Positions 25,084-35,641 are shown, counted from the first letter of the stretch. The stretch is DNA of 64,000 nucleotides from a virus (IMGVR_UViG_3300028914_000001:93489-157488), one strand, 5' to 3'. The notes: generated by a model not told the origin, from the letters alone. Program-made: numbers and translations.

Positions 25084-25814
25084 AAGGCGCCTCTAGTTAC
25101 ATAGTTAAGTGAAACCCACCCGTCAGTGGTTCGGCCCCATCCACGCCTTTCAGCATAGATATTTATCTGGGTGCCCTTCTCATATTTCGTGACAACATTT
25201 CCTACAATGGGAGCTTCACGGCAATTCAGATTTGCCGTTGTCATACCAGAATATAGAGGGTTCCTCGGTAGCTTCTCGGGAGCAAGGATTTTCAGGAAGT
25301 CATACCAGTTGGACAGACACTCCTCGTTTCTCACCCACGGCTGAGGGCATTGCTTACCGCTAATGCAGTGGTGCATGATGACATGGTCGAGAGGAATATC
25401 GTATTCCTTCATGAGCTTCTTTGCAAGCAATGCAGTACGCTCGACCACCTTGTCGGATATGCTCCAATCCGTGTCGGAAACTTTGAGGGACTTCGTATTC
25501 TTCTTGTCTGAACACATCTCGATTGAAATGCAGTTCACATTGCGGGCCTTGCCGTACAGGGTTCCACCAAGCGATGTAGAAATTTTTTTGTACAGCTTGT
25601 CGCCAACCGCCCAGCAATACTGGTTCCTAATGTCGGTGTTGAACTGGACCGCTTCTTCCTGGTCCACAATAAAGTCGGCACTTGCGTTTGTGCCCTGCTT
25701 CCCAAAATAGTTTGCGAAGCTCCTTGCCTTCCCTCCCTTCGAAGTCGTACCAGCGGTGAAGTGTATCACCAGGTATTCAATCGGGCGGTTCTTTTTGACG
25801 GTTACGTTGTACAT
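25080..25814 (-). CDS. N-acetylmuramoyl-L-alanine amidase (Amidase_2) plus SH3b, endolysin-like
   Basis: LVIHFTA, SADFIVD, WAVGD, ISIEMC, VIMHH..GKQCP; C-terminal NLNCREAP...GWVSLNYV. Confidence 0.9.
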   Translation of the reverse strand: MYNVTVKKNRPIEYLVIHFTAGTTSKGGKARSFANYFGKQGTNASADFIVDQEEAVQFNTDIRNQYCWAVGDKLYKKISTSLGGTLYGKARNVNCISIEMCSDKKNTKSLKVSDTDWSISDKVVERTALLAKKLMKEYDIPLDHVIMHHCISGKQCPQPWVRNEECLSNWYDFLKILAPEKLPRNPLYSGMTTANLNCREAPIVGNVVTKYEKGTQINIYAERRGWGRTTDGWVSLNYVTRGAL

Positions 25815-25815
25815 A

Positions 25816-26349
25816 CTACACCGTCGCTCCGCCACCAACGTCGGCACCACCGCCTCCGCCGCCATCGTAACAGCCTACTGCACATCCCTGCTTGTACGGC
25901 GAGTAGTTCATCCTGTTCGGGGATGCATATCCAGTCACCATCGGCTGAGCTGTCGTGTTAAAACAATTTACTGGATACTTGCTGGGCAGATGGTCCTGAG
26001 CCCTTTCCATCATCTCCCTGATTTTAGGGTCAGACTTAACCTTGCCACGCTTCCATTGAATCTTCCCTGGGAACAACTGTTTCATTTCTTCCTTCGGGTC
26101 ACGGTTGGCGTTCGGATTAGTGGATAGGGTCATCGGGTTCTTGTACGCACCCATGTCGTTGGAATGAGAACCGTTAGTTGCCATCGGCGCCTGAATTGCG
26201 TCATGGATGTTATGGTTCTCAGCCATCGGCAACGTCAGATGCTGTTCAAAGCCTTCAAAACAAGCCTTACACAGACCCGTGAGGGCTTCCATCTGGGCTT
26301 CGGAAAGACCTAGCTTTCCAATAGATTCAAAAAACAGTTTCGTGTTCAT
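25816..26349 (-). CDS. hypothetical protein with the shared N-terminal module and Gly-rich tail
   Basis: FFESIGKLGLSEAQMEALTGLCKACFEG. Confidence 0.75.
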   Translation of the reverse strand: MNTKLFFESIGKLGLSEAQMEALTGLCKACFEGFEQHLTLPMAENHNIHDAIQAPMATNGSHSNDMGAYKNPMTLSTNPNANRDPKEEMKQLFPGKIQWKRGKVKSDPKIREMMERAQDHLPSKYPVNCFNTTAQPMVTGYASPNRMNYSPYKQGCAVGCYDGGGGGGADVGGGATV

Positions 26350-26353
26350 ACCT

Positions 26354-26371
26354 AATAGTTTATAAACTATT
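26354..26371. promoter_or_regulatory. 18-bp palindrome carrying back-to-back TATAAACTA motifs
   Basis: AATAGTTTATAAACTATT between divergent ATGs at 26349 and 26375. Confidence 0.7.
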
Positions 26372-26374
26372 TGC

Positions 26375-27400
26375 ATGAAGGTAAACGGATTCATCATACC
26401 CGTAAGGGGGAACTGCCGAGCTATGAACGAGGAGCGAAAGAACTTCTCGGTAATGACTCATGTTTCCGAACATCTTTGGAACGACAGGCTTGGAGCCTAT
26501 GTCGAACGTTCGGAGAAGGCCCAGATTAACAACCCAGTCATGTCCCGTGACAGGAACCTCGGGGTGAGGTTCCACTACCGCAGGCACAATGCGTTCCTCG
26601 ACCAGGAGCGCTACGACAGGATGTCGGCTGACTTCGTGAAGCGTCAGGGAGTATTCATCAAGTATTACACAGTGACGATGGACGTAGACAGCAACTCGCT
26701 GTTCCACGAGGACAACTTGCGTGTCGTGGACAGGGAGTTCGACTTCCAGGTGCTAATCGGGTTCCAGCCGCAGAAGGAACTTTACGACAGGTACGGAATC
26801 CAGTTCGACGGAAAGATGGAACTCCAGTTCCTGATGACCTACTTCCTAGAATGCAACTACCAGTCCCTGAGGGAACACGGTATCAAGCCCCTGTGCGCCC
26901 CTTCTGAGCATAACCCAATCTGGTATCAGCGTGGCTACGAGGATTTCCGTTACTATGGTTACACCGCACAGCAGATTTTCCCCAAGGCTGGCGACATGCT
27001 CAAATTCGAGTTCAACAACATCTTGTATCAGGTGACCAAGATTTCAGACGAGCAGCCTGAATACGAGTACAAGCAGAGAAAGTACTGGTGGAAGGTATTC
27101 GTGGATACGGCAGTGGATTCTGGGCAGAAGGTATCGGACGACGTTTTGAAGAAGCCCGAACAGGAAAACTTCATCAACAACCTCCTCGGGCAGACTACCT
27201 TCGAAAAGACCGAGATGGAATCAGGTGCAGATGCGGCAAAGGCTACAACAACGGCAGAATACCCGTTTGCAGTCAACGCCACCGTGGACGAACTGAAAAA
27301 GGATGTCCTTTTCAGGCCACCCGAAGTTCCAGAATGCGTGGAAAATGTTACCGAATCCCCGTCTTACCAGCCGTGCGAAAAGCTGCTCGGCGGCTGGTAG
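26375..27400 (+). CDS. T4 gp14-like neck/head-closure protein
   Basis: IKYY...LFHED...YGIQFD...PKAGDMLKF..NNILYQV pattern. Confidence 0.55.
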   Translation: MKVNGFIIPVRGNCRAMNEERKNFSVMTHVSEHLWNDRLGAYVERSEKAQINNPVMSRDRNLGVRFHYRRHNAFLDQERYDRMSADFVKRQGVFIKYYTVTMDVDSNSLFHEDNLRVVDREFDFQVLIGFQPQKELYDRYGIQFDGKMELQFLMTYFLECNYQSLREHGIKPLCAPSEHNPIWYQRGYEDFRYYGYTAQQIFPKAGDMLKFEFNNILYQVTKISDEQPEYEYKQRKYWWKVFVDTAVDSGQKVSDDVLKKPEQENFINNLLGQTTFEKTEMESGADAAKATTTAEYPFAVNATVDELKKDVLFRPPEVPECVENVTESPSYQPCEKLLGGW

Positions 27401-27598
27401 CTACGTTTTACTACGTGCGCTCAATACGGCTTCACGAGCAAACCCTTTTAGGTCCCAGTATTCAGACAGATACTTAACCGTATCGACTTCCTTTGCACTA
27501 GCAATAATGCCTGGGCCTTTGCCTCGTTTCACCTCATTGCCAGACTTCATCGCAGAAGTCAATACTGCTTTCCATTTTTCGCTACTGCTTCTCATAGT

Positions 27599-28000
27599 CT
27601 ATTCACCAATAGAAAGTGCTGTATTCAACCACTCGATTATAGGCGTGTTGTCCTCGCCTTCGAAGTATTTTCCGCCAATGTCTTCACCTTTCTGGATTAT
27701 GCAATGAACGCAGTTAAGATTTTCGACATCAATGATGGCAGACACCCTGTATTCACCATGCATGAGGAGAAGTTCGACATCGTCGTTGGAAAACACAAAC
27801 TTAATCGAATCGGGTTCAACCGATATTGATTTTAGAATCGTTTCCAACCGAGATGTGAACTTCTGCATCTTTAGCGTGTAAGCATACAGGTCAACAGGCC
27901 TACCCTTGGTCAGCATAAGCTCAATGCGGCAGTACGAATTGAGCCCCTTACTTATGGCGGCTTCGATTAGGTCTTGTTCAACGACCGAGCAACTCATCAT
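27599..28000 (-). CDS. hypothetical protein
   Basis: Tiled ORF with GGCGG RBS. Confidence 0.65.
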   Translation of the reverse strand: MMSCSVVEQDLIEAAISKGLNSYCRIELMLTKGRPVDLYAYTLKMQKFTSRLETILKSISVEPDSIKFVFSNDDVELLLMHGEYRVSAIIDVENLNCVHCIIQKGEDIGGKYFEGEDNTPIIEWLNTALSIGE

Positions 28001-28563
28001 TCCGCCTTTACGTGTCTGAAACCAAGTTCCATAGCTTCCGCAACGGTGATTTCATCCCCGTCCTTGTACACCTTGCCCGTCTTTTCGTTGGGTTCGCCAG
28101 CCTTGAATGTGGAAGCAGGCACCGGGTTACCGGGATGGAAGGTGTACATCACTTCACCCAAACCTTCTTCGGGTCCGATAATGAGAATGGTAAACCCGAC
28201 ATCCTTACGCATATCCGTATTTATGCAAAGCGAGAGGTAGCCCGTTTTCTTAAAGTCATTGAAATGACAGACATCGTCTGGCTTAAAATCGGCGAGGTCA
28301 AGCATGCCGTGATGGCCAGGAATGTCAGTCGTAATCACTGCCCTGCATCCAGGGGCGAGAACACCCGTGCTATCAACCCACGGAGACCAGTTTGCCGTCA
28401 TCAGTGCGTTTTCAAGGGCTTCAACCGTGCTGTAATCGGTGGTAGAACCGATACCCGTGTCGAGTCGCTGTTCCAAACAGGACTTGAAGTAGTCAGGGAG
28501 TGCCTTCTTCGTCTTCTGGATTATATCATAGATTTGCTTGTTGAAATTCATTTTAAACCTCAT
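27997..28563 (-). CDS. hypothetical protein
   Basis: 188-aa tiled ORF. Confidence 0.75.
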   Translation of the reverse strand: MRFKMNFNKQIYDIIQKTKKALPDYFKSCLEQRLDTGIGSTTDYSTVEALENALMTANWSPWVDSTGVLAPGCRAVITTDIPGHHGMLDLADFKPDDVCHFNDFKKTGYLSLCINTDMRKDVGFTILIIGPEEGLGEVMYTFHPGNPVPASTFKAGEPNEKTGKVYKDGDEITVAEAMELGFRHVKAE

Positions 28564-28596
28564 ACTAAAAACATTGTTTAACCACTTGTATCACAC

Positions 28597-28920
28597 CTAC
28601 GGAGGAATGACAGACTTATGGGAAGCACGAGCCCTCTGGTGCTGATGGGAAGGGTTTCTAGGGAACCTGAACCGCTTCCACACTTCCTTCGCTGCAATGT
28701 TTTCATCCACTATTGCCGACATCTGCAATCTGGTATCAGCCTCGACGCCCACCTTCTCGATTGACTGGTCGGCATGGTGCAGGTCGTGACCTAGCTCGAT
28801 TGCCTGTTCCGAATATCCCGAGGAGGAAGCGTTGGTAGATTGTTCATAGTTCCAGGCCGACACGGAGCCATAGAGGGCGCTAGCGGTCAAAAGGATAAGT
28901 GCAACTTTCTTGATATTCAT
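28597..28920 (-). CDS. small exported protein
   Basis: Signal peptide MNIKKVALILLTASALYGSVSA. Confidence 0.6.
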   Translation of the reverse strand: MNIKKVALILLTASALYGSVSAWNYEQSTNASSSGYSEQAIELGHDLHHADQSIEKVGVEADTRLQMSAIVDENIAAKEVWKRFRFPRNPSHQHQRARASHKSVIPP

Positions 28921-28948
28921 GGTATCCCGTGTTAAAGTCAATTTACAT

Positions 28949-29368
28949 CTAATTGGATTCAGTTGTTTCTTGCTTAGGTGCTGGTATGAAAGCGATGTGG
29001 ATATCGGTAATCTGGCCGTCATGCTGTCTTTCGACCTTGATGCCGTCGACGGAAACGAGGTTGATGCCGAGTTGGTTGACGATGAATTCGCCGAGCTTGT
29101 TGGCGGCAGGGTCTTCCTTCATGTCCTGCAAGAGGTTGTTCTGCTTCCGCTTCATGTACTTGTCTACATCGAAGGGGAGTTCAACATGGAGGGAGTAACC
29201 GTTGTTGATGACTCCGTATTTCACCCTGCAGTCTTCCTTGCAGCGTTTCATCGCTTCCCTAAGCTTTTCCCATGACTTCTGGGAGACATCGTATTCTAGG
29301 GTGCTGTCCGCTAAGTCGAGGAAATTGTAAAGTCTTTCCTCAAGATTTGTCAATTCACGTTTGAACAT
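28949..29368 (-). CDS. hypothetical protein
   Basis: GAGGT RBS, 139 aa. Confidence 0.75.
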   Translation of the reverse strand: MFKRELTNLEERLYNFLDLADSTLEYDVSQKSWEKLREAMKRCKEDCRVKYGVINNGYSLHVELPFDVDKYMKRKQNNLLQDMKEDPAANKLGEFIVNQLGINLVSVDGIKVERQHDGQITDIHIAFIPAPKQETTESN

Positions 29369-29394
29369 AGTTGTTTACCTCTTGTAGCCTTTTG

Positions 29395-29751
29395 TTATTT
29401 GCAACCACCAAATACCAGAAAGATAACAACGCCGAATATCATAAGTGGCATGGCGTTGATTGAAATAATGTACTGCCAGTAAAACCTAAGGTCGTTATAC
29501 TCTGGGTGACAGTCCCGCATCTCTGGATAGACCACGAGGACCCAAAGAAACGTAACAGGAACCATACTGAATATGCCAAAGAGCGTACTCTTAAAGATTG
29601 GAAAGAATTCGACTACCTGGTTGTACTTATCACTCCAGAAACCGAAGCCTATTCCTAGAAAGGCAACAACTAGCGGCCAAACAACCGAGAAGTTCAGCAG
29701 CTTCTCACGGAAATCTTCACCCTTTGTATGTGGAACCGTGCAGTCTCTCAT
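29395..29751 (-). CDS. membrane protein (3 TM)
   Basis: Three hydrophobic segments; AGGAGG RBS. Confidence 0.75.
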   Translation of the reverse strand: MRDCTVPHTKGEDFREKLLNFSVVWPLVVAFLGIGFGFWSDKYNQVVEFFPIFKSTLFGIFSMVPVTFLWVLVVYPEMRDCHPEYNDLRFYWQYIISINAMPLMIFGVVIFLVFGGCK

Positions 29752-30038
29752 TAGCGAGCCTCCTTTTCTTCGTCATCGACGAGGTTAACACATGGAATTT
29801 TTAGACCGTCACCCATGTCGATTACGCAGTTTCGGTGACTGCATATAAGACAGAGGTCACGGTTTTTGACTTTCTTGGTAGCAAGCTGTGTATTGTCCAT
29901 TACGAATCCTTTTGTATATGGTAGCATAGATTGCGTTTAGTAGTGCGAAAGCGACTGCAAAAATAGCAGCCGCTATCCTGAAACCAAGGAATATGTCATG
30001 CAGCCGTAGCTTTAAACGGCGGTATGATTTCCTTGATA

Positions 30039-30635
30039 TCATACGGATGCCTTCGGCTGCGACTTGCCCTTCACATAGAAGAACACCCAGTCACGAGCAT
30101 GATTCTGTTCAGTGATAGGCAATTCCTTGGTGCAGACTGCGTTGGCCGCACTCATCTTGTTGACAATCATCGGTTTCAGCGTGGACATCGCAGCGTCCTT
30201 GTGGGAGAGTTCACGACCATGGAACTGTACCGCAATCTTGACAGGATGACCAGCTTCAATGAACTCGGCTGCCTTGTTCATCTTGGTGTTGAAATCGTTT
30301 TCGCCAATGTTCGGGCCAAAAGTAATAGTCTTCTCTTCGGAACGACGAGCGTTTTCACGGTTCTTCTTGTCCTGTTCCTTTTGAGCCTTTTTCTTCAAGT
30401 ATTCTTCCTTCTTGCGGTCACCGAGCTTGAAGATAGCAGCCTTTTCGTTAACAACGACAACGTCAAGACCCTGGTCTTTTGCCAGCGTTTCCGCCTGACC
30501 ATAGGTCATCTGTTCGATTGTCCCATCATCTTTCTTCAAACGAATGGAAGCGTTACGGTCAAAGGTCTGGGTTTCGGTGGATTCCTTAGCACTACGCTTA
30601 AAACCGTAGTTGCCGTTGTTGTAGGATTTGTACAT
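30039..30635 (-). CDS. infC: translation initiation factor IF-3
   Basis: IRL....QAETLAKDQGLDVVVV, EEKTITFGPNIGENDFNTKMNKAAEFIEAGHPVKI..QFHGRE. Confidence 0.9.
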   Translation of the reverse strand: MYKSYNNGNYGFKRSAKESTETQTFDRNASIRLKKDDGTIEQMTYGQAETLAKDQGLDVVVVNEKAAIFKLGDRKKEEYLKKKAQKEQDKKNRENARRSEEKTITFGPNIGENDFNTKMNKAAEFIEAGHPVKIAVQFHGRELSHKDAAMSTLKPMIVNKMSAANAVCTKELPITEQNHARDWVFFYVKGKSQPKASV

Positions 30636-30687
30636 TTAATTTCCTTGTTTTAATTGTTGATTAGGGATTGTTTATCCCGATGACAAG

Positions 30688-30716
30688 AATATAGATAAAT
30701 AAATCCCCTCTGTCAA
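30688..30716 (-). promoter_or_regulatory. sigma70-type promoter TTGACA-N17-TATATT
   Basis: Upstream of infC. Confidence 0.75.
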
Positions 30717-30757
30717 GGGGATTTAAACAATGTAATGTAAAAATATATTAACAAATC

Positions 30758-33700
30758 CTAATCCACGAAGTCTACGCAAGTCGGTTTAATTGCGTTATAC
30801 AAATCGACAAACTCCTGCACCGATATCGGGGTGTCATAGAACCTGAAATCATAAGATTTAGGAATGCTGATTTTCGTACTGTTGGACTTGATTGTCCAGT
30901 TTTCCGTGATGGTTCTCCATGTAAGCTCGTTTCCGACAGCGACCCTGATAGGATAGCGTTTCTTCTCGACGACGGGCTTTATTTCCCCGTCCTCGTCCTC
31001 CTCATATCTCGTCACCACGTCGTACGTCGGCACCTCATGCGAAAGGAAAGCGTCATAGGTTATAGACTTTTCGTCCTGCTTATCAACCGTGATAGTAAAC
31101 GGTATCGGGCGGATTCGCCCCTTATCCGAATAGGCATAATAGGTATTGCCAACCGTGAGAGGGCTACTTGCAGGAACAACCAATGTATAGTAATCCTTAC
31201 TTTCAACGGTGGATTTATACTTCATCGGATAGTCCGCAGTGCCGCTAAACACCCAGGACGGGTCGCTAATCTTTATTCCTTCACCGACCATCCGATGATG
31301 GTACAGTTCCACATGGTAGGCATCCTTGTCGAATCCTGCGGGGAGCGACACCAGCGCCGTCGCTTTATTATTGTCGATACGAGTAACCGTTGCCTTCAAC
31401 TTATCTTCCAAGGCATTTCCGTTAGACACATCGACCACGTCGCCGACCTGCAAATTATCGACCTTTCCGTCAGTAGGAACGTCGAATTTTATCATTGCCG
31501 CAGAGACACTCGCCTCGCTTATTGGAACTTCCCTGTAATATACTGGCTCATCGTCTTCTGTAGATGAAACGGCGAGAAGTTCAAACCAGTCGGTCACATA
31601 AACCATTTCCGTAGTAGCGGCACCGACTTGATGCAAGCGATATGCAACATACTCCTTAGGATTCTTCGAGGTGCGTCCCACCAAAGCATACATAGTCCAT
31701 GAGCCGACACGGTCATCGTCCATATCCGCCTGCCAGAACACGATGCTGAACCCGCTATAATCACTGCTGTTGTACTTGTCGTTTTCTCCCTTCGAGAACG
31801 CACCGTACTCGTGGTCGCATAGAACATCCTCATTGCAGTCCGGCAATACAGCACCCTCAATGCAGGTATCTTCCAGTACAATATCCTCCACATCAAACCT
31901 GTACTGCTTGTCGAAGGATTCCACATTCTTGACACAATCATCAATGAGCGGGTCGCCACTGCTACCCGGCATCAATTCCTTATCGACTTCCGTCTTTATC
32001 TGATAGTCCGTAATCCTGATTCGCTTACCCGGAACCAGAGTGCCTTCTTTCTCGCCGCACTTGCCGACAACCTTCACCGTCCTTGTAGCGGTATTCAATA
32101 CGCACGAGCCGTTCAGGTAGTAATACCAGATGTGATAGATTCCACACTTGCAGAAGTCAATGTCATTGTATGTAACAATGTCGTTCGACATGTCGATTGA
32201 ATTGCCACTGTACGGGCCAGCCTTACCCAGATACTTCCAGTCGCCGCACATGATGCGGTACAGGCCGTCCTGACCGTCTTCCTGATTCTGCAGGTTTACA
32301 ATCATCCCGCTTCTGAGGTTGACACTTCCAATCCAGTAGTTTCCATACTTTCTTCCGACATTGGTGTCTATGGTTGCCGCTACGGTCTCGGTTACACGGG
32401 CGCCGAGGTCAATGAACATATCATCCGTGACTGGACCGTAATATTCCCATGCCGTCTTCTTTACAACCCACAGGCCGTTTTCGCTTACAGCCTTTACTGA
32501 TTCAGTATCATCTTCATCATCAGGGGAATCCTTATCGAACTGCGACGTAAGCCATACCAAGTCGTTTTCCTGCAACTTGATTCCGTTAAGCGTAAGTTCA
32601 CCGTACTTGTATTCAAGATACTCGTTATACTTCACCTTTACCGAAATGTATCTCATTTTACAGCAAGATTCTTTATCACGCAACTTGATATAAAGGTCCT
32701 TGCCGTAAGTCTTCATCGGAGTGTTCACATTGTTGGGGTCGTCATCCGTGTTCAACTCGATTGGCGAAACATAGATGCAGTTCGCACCAGTCGTGTACTT
32801 TCCATCAAACTTAGAGCCGTCGTAGACATACCTTATGACCGGGAAATCGACACGATATGCAGCCTCAGTGCCATCGCAACCTTTGCCGCTCAATACTATC
32901 CTGCTCTTTCCGCAGACTTCCCTTCCTTGTTCATCAACAGGGAACATGCCCTTCATCAGGTTTATCTTGATTTGATTGTTCTCCCAATCAATTTCATACA
33001 CGGGCACGTCCGCCTTGCTTGAACCGTTATACAGTTGCAGTTCGGTGCAGGAAGACCTAGAAGCCTCGACGATGAAATCATTGTGGCACACATCAATCGG
33101 AAAACCCTGAGCGTTAATATCTACGGGGCTTTCCAATGTAAGCGTATTGTCGTTCTGAACGTACTTGACTTTTATTTTATCAGATTCCCGCCCACCGTCC
33201 ATGTACTTCTTCGCCTTGTCGATGACATAGTAGGTGTCGTTGCCATAATCATCCACACCAACCTTGTATTTCAGGGTAAGGATATCGCCTGGGGCAAACA
33301 GTTCCTTTACCTTGTATCTAGGTTGTATCTTTATGCTCTGGTAGAACATCTGACAGAACCGGGTCTCAAACGAAGAATGCTCGGCAACCACCTTGTCGCC
33401 TTCGTTCTCGAAAAGCACATGGAAATAGTCCAGCAGCTTATCAATGTCCGCAGTGGACGGGTCAAACCCCTCATGGCACGGGGTATTTCCATTCTCGTCA
33501 ACCACTGGCAGCATGTTGAAGTCGAGAACCAGCTGTTTTCCGTAGGTATTCGCCTCGGTTGCCGCATTCTCGACATGGCCAGGTATAACGGTATAAATTG
33601 GAAGCGTGCATGTTTCTTCGGCGCCGTTCACACGCAGTTCAAGTTCATTGATGACAGGGCATTCGCACGCATGAGCATTGATAAGATTACACTTGTACAA

Positions 33701-33907
33701 CGTCAGTTCGTAATAGGCGCCATCATACATCGGTTCCAGATGGAACAGGCCGTCATCATCGGCCAAATCCAAACTTTTGATATCATCAGCGACGAGTATA
33801 CGAGAGACGAACTGACCTGTATAGTTACGGCCATAGATTATAAACGGTGTTTCTATCTTAATCTTCTCTGTATCGCACAACGCCATCGAGGTAAACCACT
33901 GATTCAA
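30758..33907 (-). CDS. large virion structural protein (tail/baseplate-like)
   Basis: 1049 aa, acidic, beta-rich; two copies of the L..gD.V.L..Q....NGlW/Y motif common in tail fibres; TATAAACTA at 33915-33923. Confidence 0.65.
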   Translation of the reverse strand: MNQWFTSMALCDTEKIKIETPFIIYGRNYTGQFVSRILVADDIKSLDLADDDGLFHLEPMYDGAYYELTLYKCNLINAHACECPVINELELRVNGAEETCTLPIYTVIPGHVENAATEANTYGKQLVLDFNMLPVVDENGNTPCHEGFDPSTADIDKLLDYFHVLFENEGDKVVAEHSSFETRFCQMFYQSIKIQPRYKVKELFAPGDILTLKYKVGVDDYGNDTYYVIDKAKKYMDGGRESDKIKVKYVQNDNTLTLESPVDINAQGFPIDVCHNDFIVEASRSSCTELQLYNGSSKADVPVYEIDWENNQIKINLMKGMFPVDEQGREVCGKSRIVLSGKGCDGTEAAYRVDFPVIRYVYDGSKFDGKYTTGANCIYVSPIELNTDDDPNNVNTPMKTYGKDLYIKLRDKESCCKMRYISVKVKYNEYLEYKYGELTLNGIKLQENDLVWLTSQFDKDSPDDEDDTESVKAVSENGLWVVKKTAWEYYGPVTDDMFIDLGARVTETVAATIDTNVGRKYGNYWIGSVNLRSGMIVNLQNQEDGQDGLYRIMCGDWKYLGKAGPYSGNSIDMSNDIVTYNDIDFCKCGIYHIWYYYLNGSCVLNTATRTVKVVGKCGEKEGTLVPGKRIRITDYQIKTEVDKELMPGSSGDPLIDDCVKNVESFDKQYRFDVEDIVLEDTCIEGAVLPDCNEDVLCDHEYGAFSKGENDKYNSSDYSGFSIVFWQADMDDDRVGSWTMYALVGRTSKNPKEYVAYRLHQVGAATTEMVYVTDWFELLAVSSTEDDEPVYYREVPISEASVSAAMIKFDVPTDGKVDNLQVGDVVDVSNGNALEDKLKATVTRIDNNKATALVSLPAGFDKDAYHVELYHHRMVGEGIKISDPSWVFSGTADYPMKYKSTVESKDYYTLVVPASSPLTVGNTYYAYSDKGRIRPIPFTITVDKQDEKSITYDAFLSHEVPTYDVVTRYEEDEDGEIKPVVEKKRYPIRVAVGNELTWRTITENWTIKSNSTKISIPKSYDFRFYDTPISVQEFVDLYNAIKPTCVDFVD

Positions 33908-33918
33908 TCATCAATAGT

Positions 33919-34473
33919 TTATACCCCGTCCAGCTCGGAAAACGACAGGTCGGGCACCGATGCGACCGTCGGGTCTTGTTTCTTCCCGACATCCTTAAAC
34001 GCTTGCTCGCAAGGATACATCAGGATATTCTTGTATATCTCCCATAACAAATCGGGAACCTCGACAGCATGAGAAGGGGAAACAGAAAGCCAACACCTAC
34101 CGTCCTCGACAAGTCCAAAACCAACCCACTTCTTACATTTCAGTTTCGAGAACAGGAAGTCCATCCGCATCTTATACATAGATTTGTCTCCCCTAAATGT
34201 ATGCCTTCCCTTGCTGTATTCACTCTTGAAGGTCAAGCAAAGCTGGACTACCCCTCTATCAAGTACATTGACGATGATTCCTATTGTACAGTCACGCAAT
34301 TTCTTTTCGGATTTTACCGACACGACTTCCATCAGTGCGATTCCCTTCCATTCATCTACGGACGCATACCGTTTAAACCCCGATGCCGTAGTCTTCTTGT
34401 TCCACTGGTCGAGCTTGTATCCGCTGATATCAGCCAATAAGTCAGAAAAGTTGTATTCTTCCAAAGTTCGCAT
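33919..34473 (-). CDS. hypothetical protein
   Basis: Probable start MRTLEEY. Confidence 0.7.
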   Translation of the reverse strand: MRTLEEYNFSDLLADISGYKLDQWNKKTTASGFKRYASVDEWKGIALMEVVSVKSEKKLRDCTIGIIVNVLDRGVVQLCLTFKSEYSKGRHTFRGDKSMYKMRMDFLFSKLKCKKWVGFGLVEDGRCWLSVSPSHAVEVPDLLWEIYKNILMYPCEQAFKDVGKKQDPTVASVPDLSFSELDGV

Positions 34474-34523
34474 AAAAGTAAATATAATTCGCCAAATGAA
34501 ATTTGGCAAGGCTTTGTTGAAGC

Positions 34524-34532
34524 TATAAACTA
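34524..34532 (+). promoter_or_regulatory. TATAAACTA motif
   Basis: Upstream of 34559. Confidence 0.6.
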
Positions 34533-34558
34533 AATGAGAAGTCATAAAAGGATTCTTT

Positions 34559-35041
34559 ATGGGTACGCTAAAATCTTCCGAATACGCTTATCGCAGTGCT
34601 GGTGACAACTTCGACACCCACCCGGACTACAGACACGACATGTTCACGATGTGCCAGGAATACGCCAAGAACGTGAGCGACATTTCAAGCGGCAAGGCTA
34701 AGAAGTTCCTCGACCGTGCATATAGCCAGAACTACTGGCATACCGCAGACCGACTCGCAGCCGAGCAGGATAAATTCCTTGAAGACGACATGGTAAACAA
34801 CACCCCAGGTCGTGGCTACCGCAATTACCGCCGCATGGAGTACGACATCCCCAAGGACGCCAGCAACATTGGCAAGTCCGCACAGAGGGACCGTGAAGCC
34901 GCAGAGGAACGTGGCGTATGGGACAAGGACGAACTGCTTAAAGCTCTCAGGCAGAACAGGTTCGCCATCTGCTCTACCGCATCGGCAACTTCCGACAAAC
35001 CGATTACCCAGAAGGACTACAAGGACCAGATTAAGCTTTAG
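34559..35041 (+). CDS. hypothetical protein
   Basis: AAGGA RBS; terminator follows. Confidence 0.8.
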   Translation: MGTLKSSEYAYRSAGDNFDTHPDYRHDMFTMCQEYAKNVSDISSGKAKKFLDRAYSQNYWHTADRLAAEQDKFLEDDMVNNTPGRGYRNYRRMEYDIPKDASNIGKSAQRDREAAEERGVWDKDELLKALRQNRFAICSTASATSDKPITQKDYKDQIKL

Positions 35042-35077
35042 TTGTGGTGAATTGCCTCCTTATAGCCACAACAAAGG

Positions 35078-35106
35078 AGCCTCCCTGCAAAGGGAGGCTT
35101 TCTTGT
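35078..35106 (+). terminator. intrinsic terminator
   Basis: AGCCTCCCT-GCAA-AGGGAGGCT-TTTCTT. Confidence 0.8.
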
Positions 35107-35122
35107 TATATGAAACGAACCT

Positions 35123-35593
35123 CTAGTTCTGGTGTTTCTTCTTGTACTCGGCATACAGCGTTTCGAGGAACTTTACCGCCTTGTCTGTCGGCATCCTCCC
35201 CGTCGCCTTGCGCTGTGACGTGAAGTACCGTTTGAACTTCTTCGGTTCAATCTGGGCAATAGGTATCGCATCAACCACATGCCAGCCATAGTCCTGAAAT
35301 GGGATGAAACCAGCCATTTGCAGCATTACGGTGAAATGAATGTACCTGTCGCTCATCGGATTGCCATCGGCATCACGTAGAGGCATCTTGCGACCAACCC
35401 ACCTCAGAAGTTTGTTGAACGGAGTGCAGATGAAATTCCACGGTCTACGGAACAACCTGAAATAAAGGCTAGGCTTTATCAGCAGGGCGTTAGTGCCGTA
35501 TGTCGCTTTGACAAATGCAACGAGCTGGCTCCTAGGTAGGCAAACGAGCTCACCCATTTCAGCAAGCGTATCGACATATTCTTGCATGGTCAT
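35123..35593 (-). CDS. hypothetical basic protein
   Basis: GAGGT RBS. Confidence 0.75.
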   Translation of the reverse strand: MTMQEYVDTLAEMGELVCLPRSQLVAFVKATYGTNALLIKPSLYFRLFRRPWNFICTPFNKLLRWVGRKMPLRDADGNPMSDRYIHFTVMLQMAGFIPFQDYGWHVVDAIPIAQIEPKKFKRYFTSQRKATGRMPTDKAVKFLETLYAEYKKKHQN

Positions 35594-35641
35594 AATATGT
35601 ACCTCATTTCTTGTGAACCGAACGAGTTTTCCAGCCGTCCA

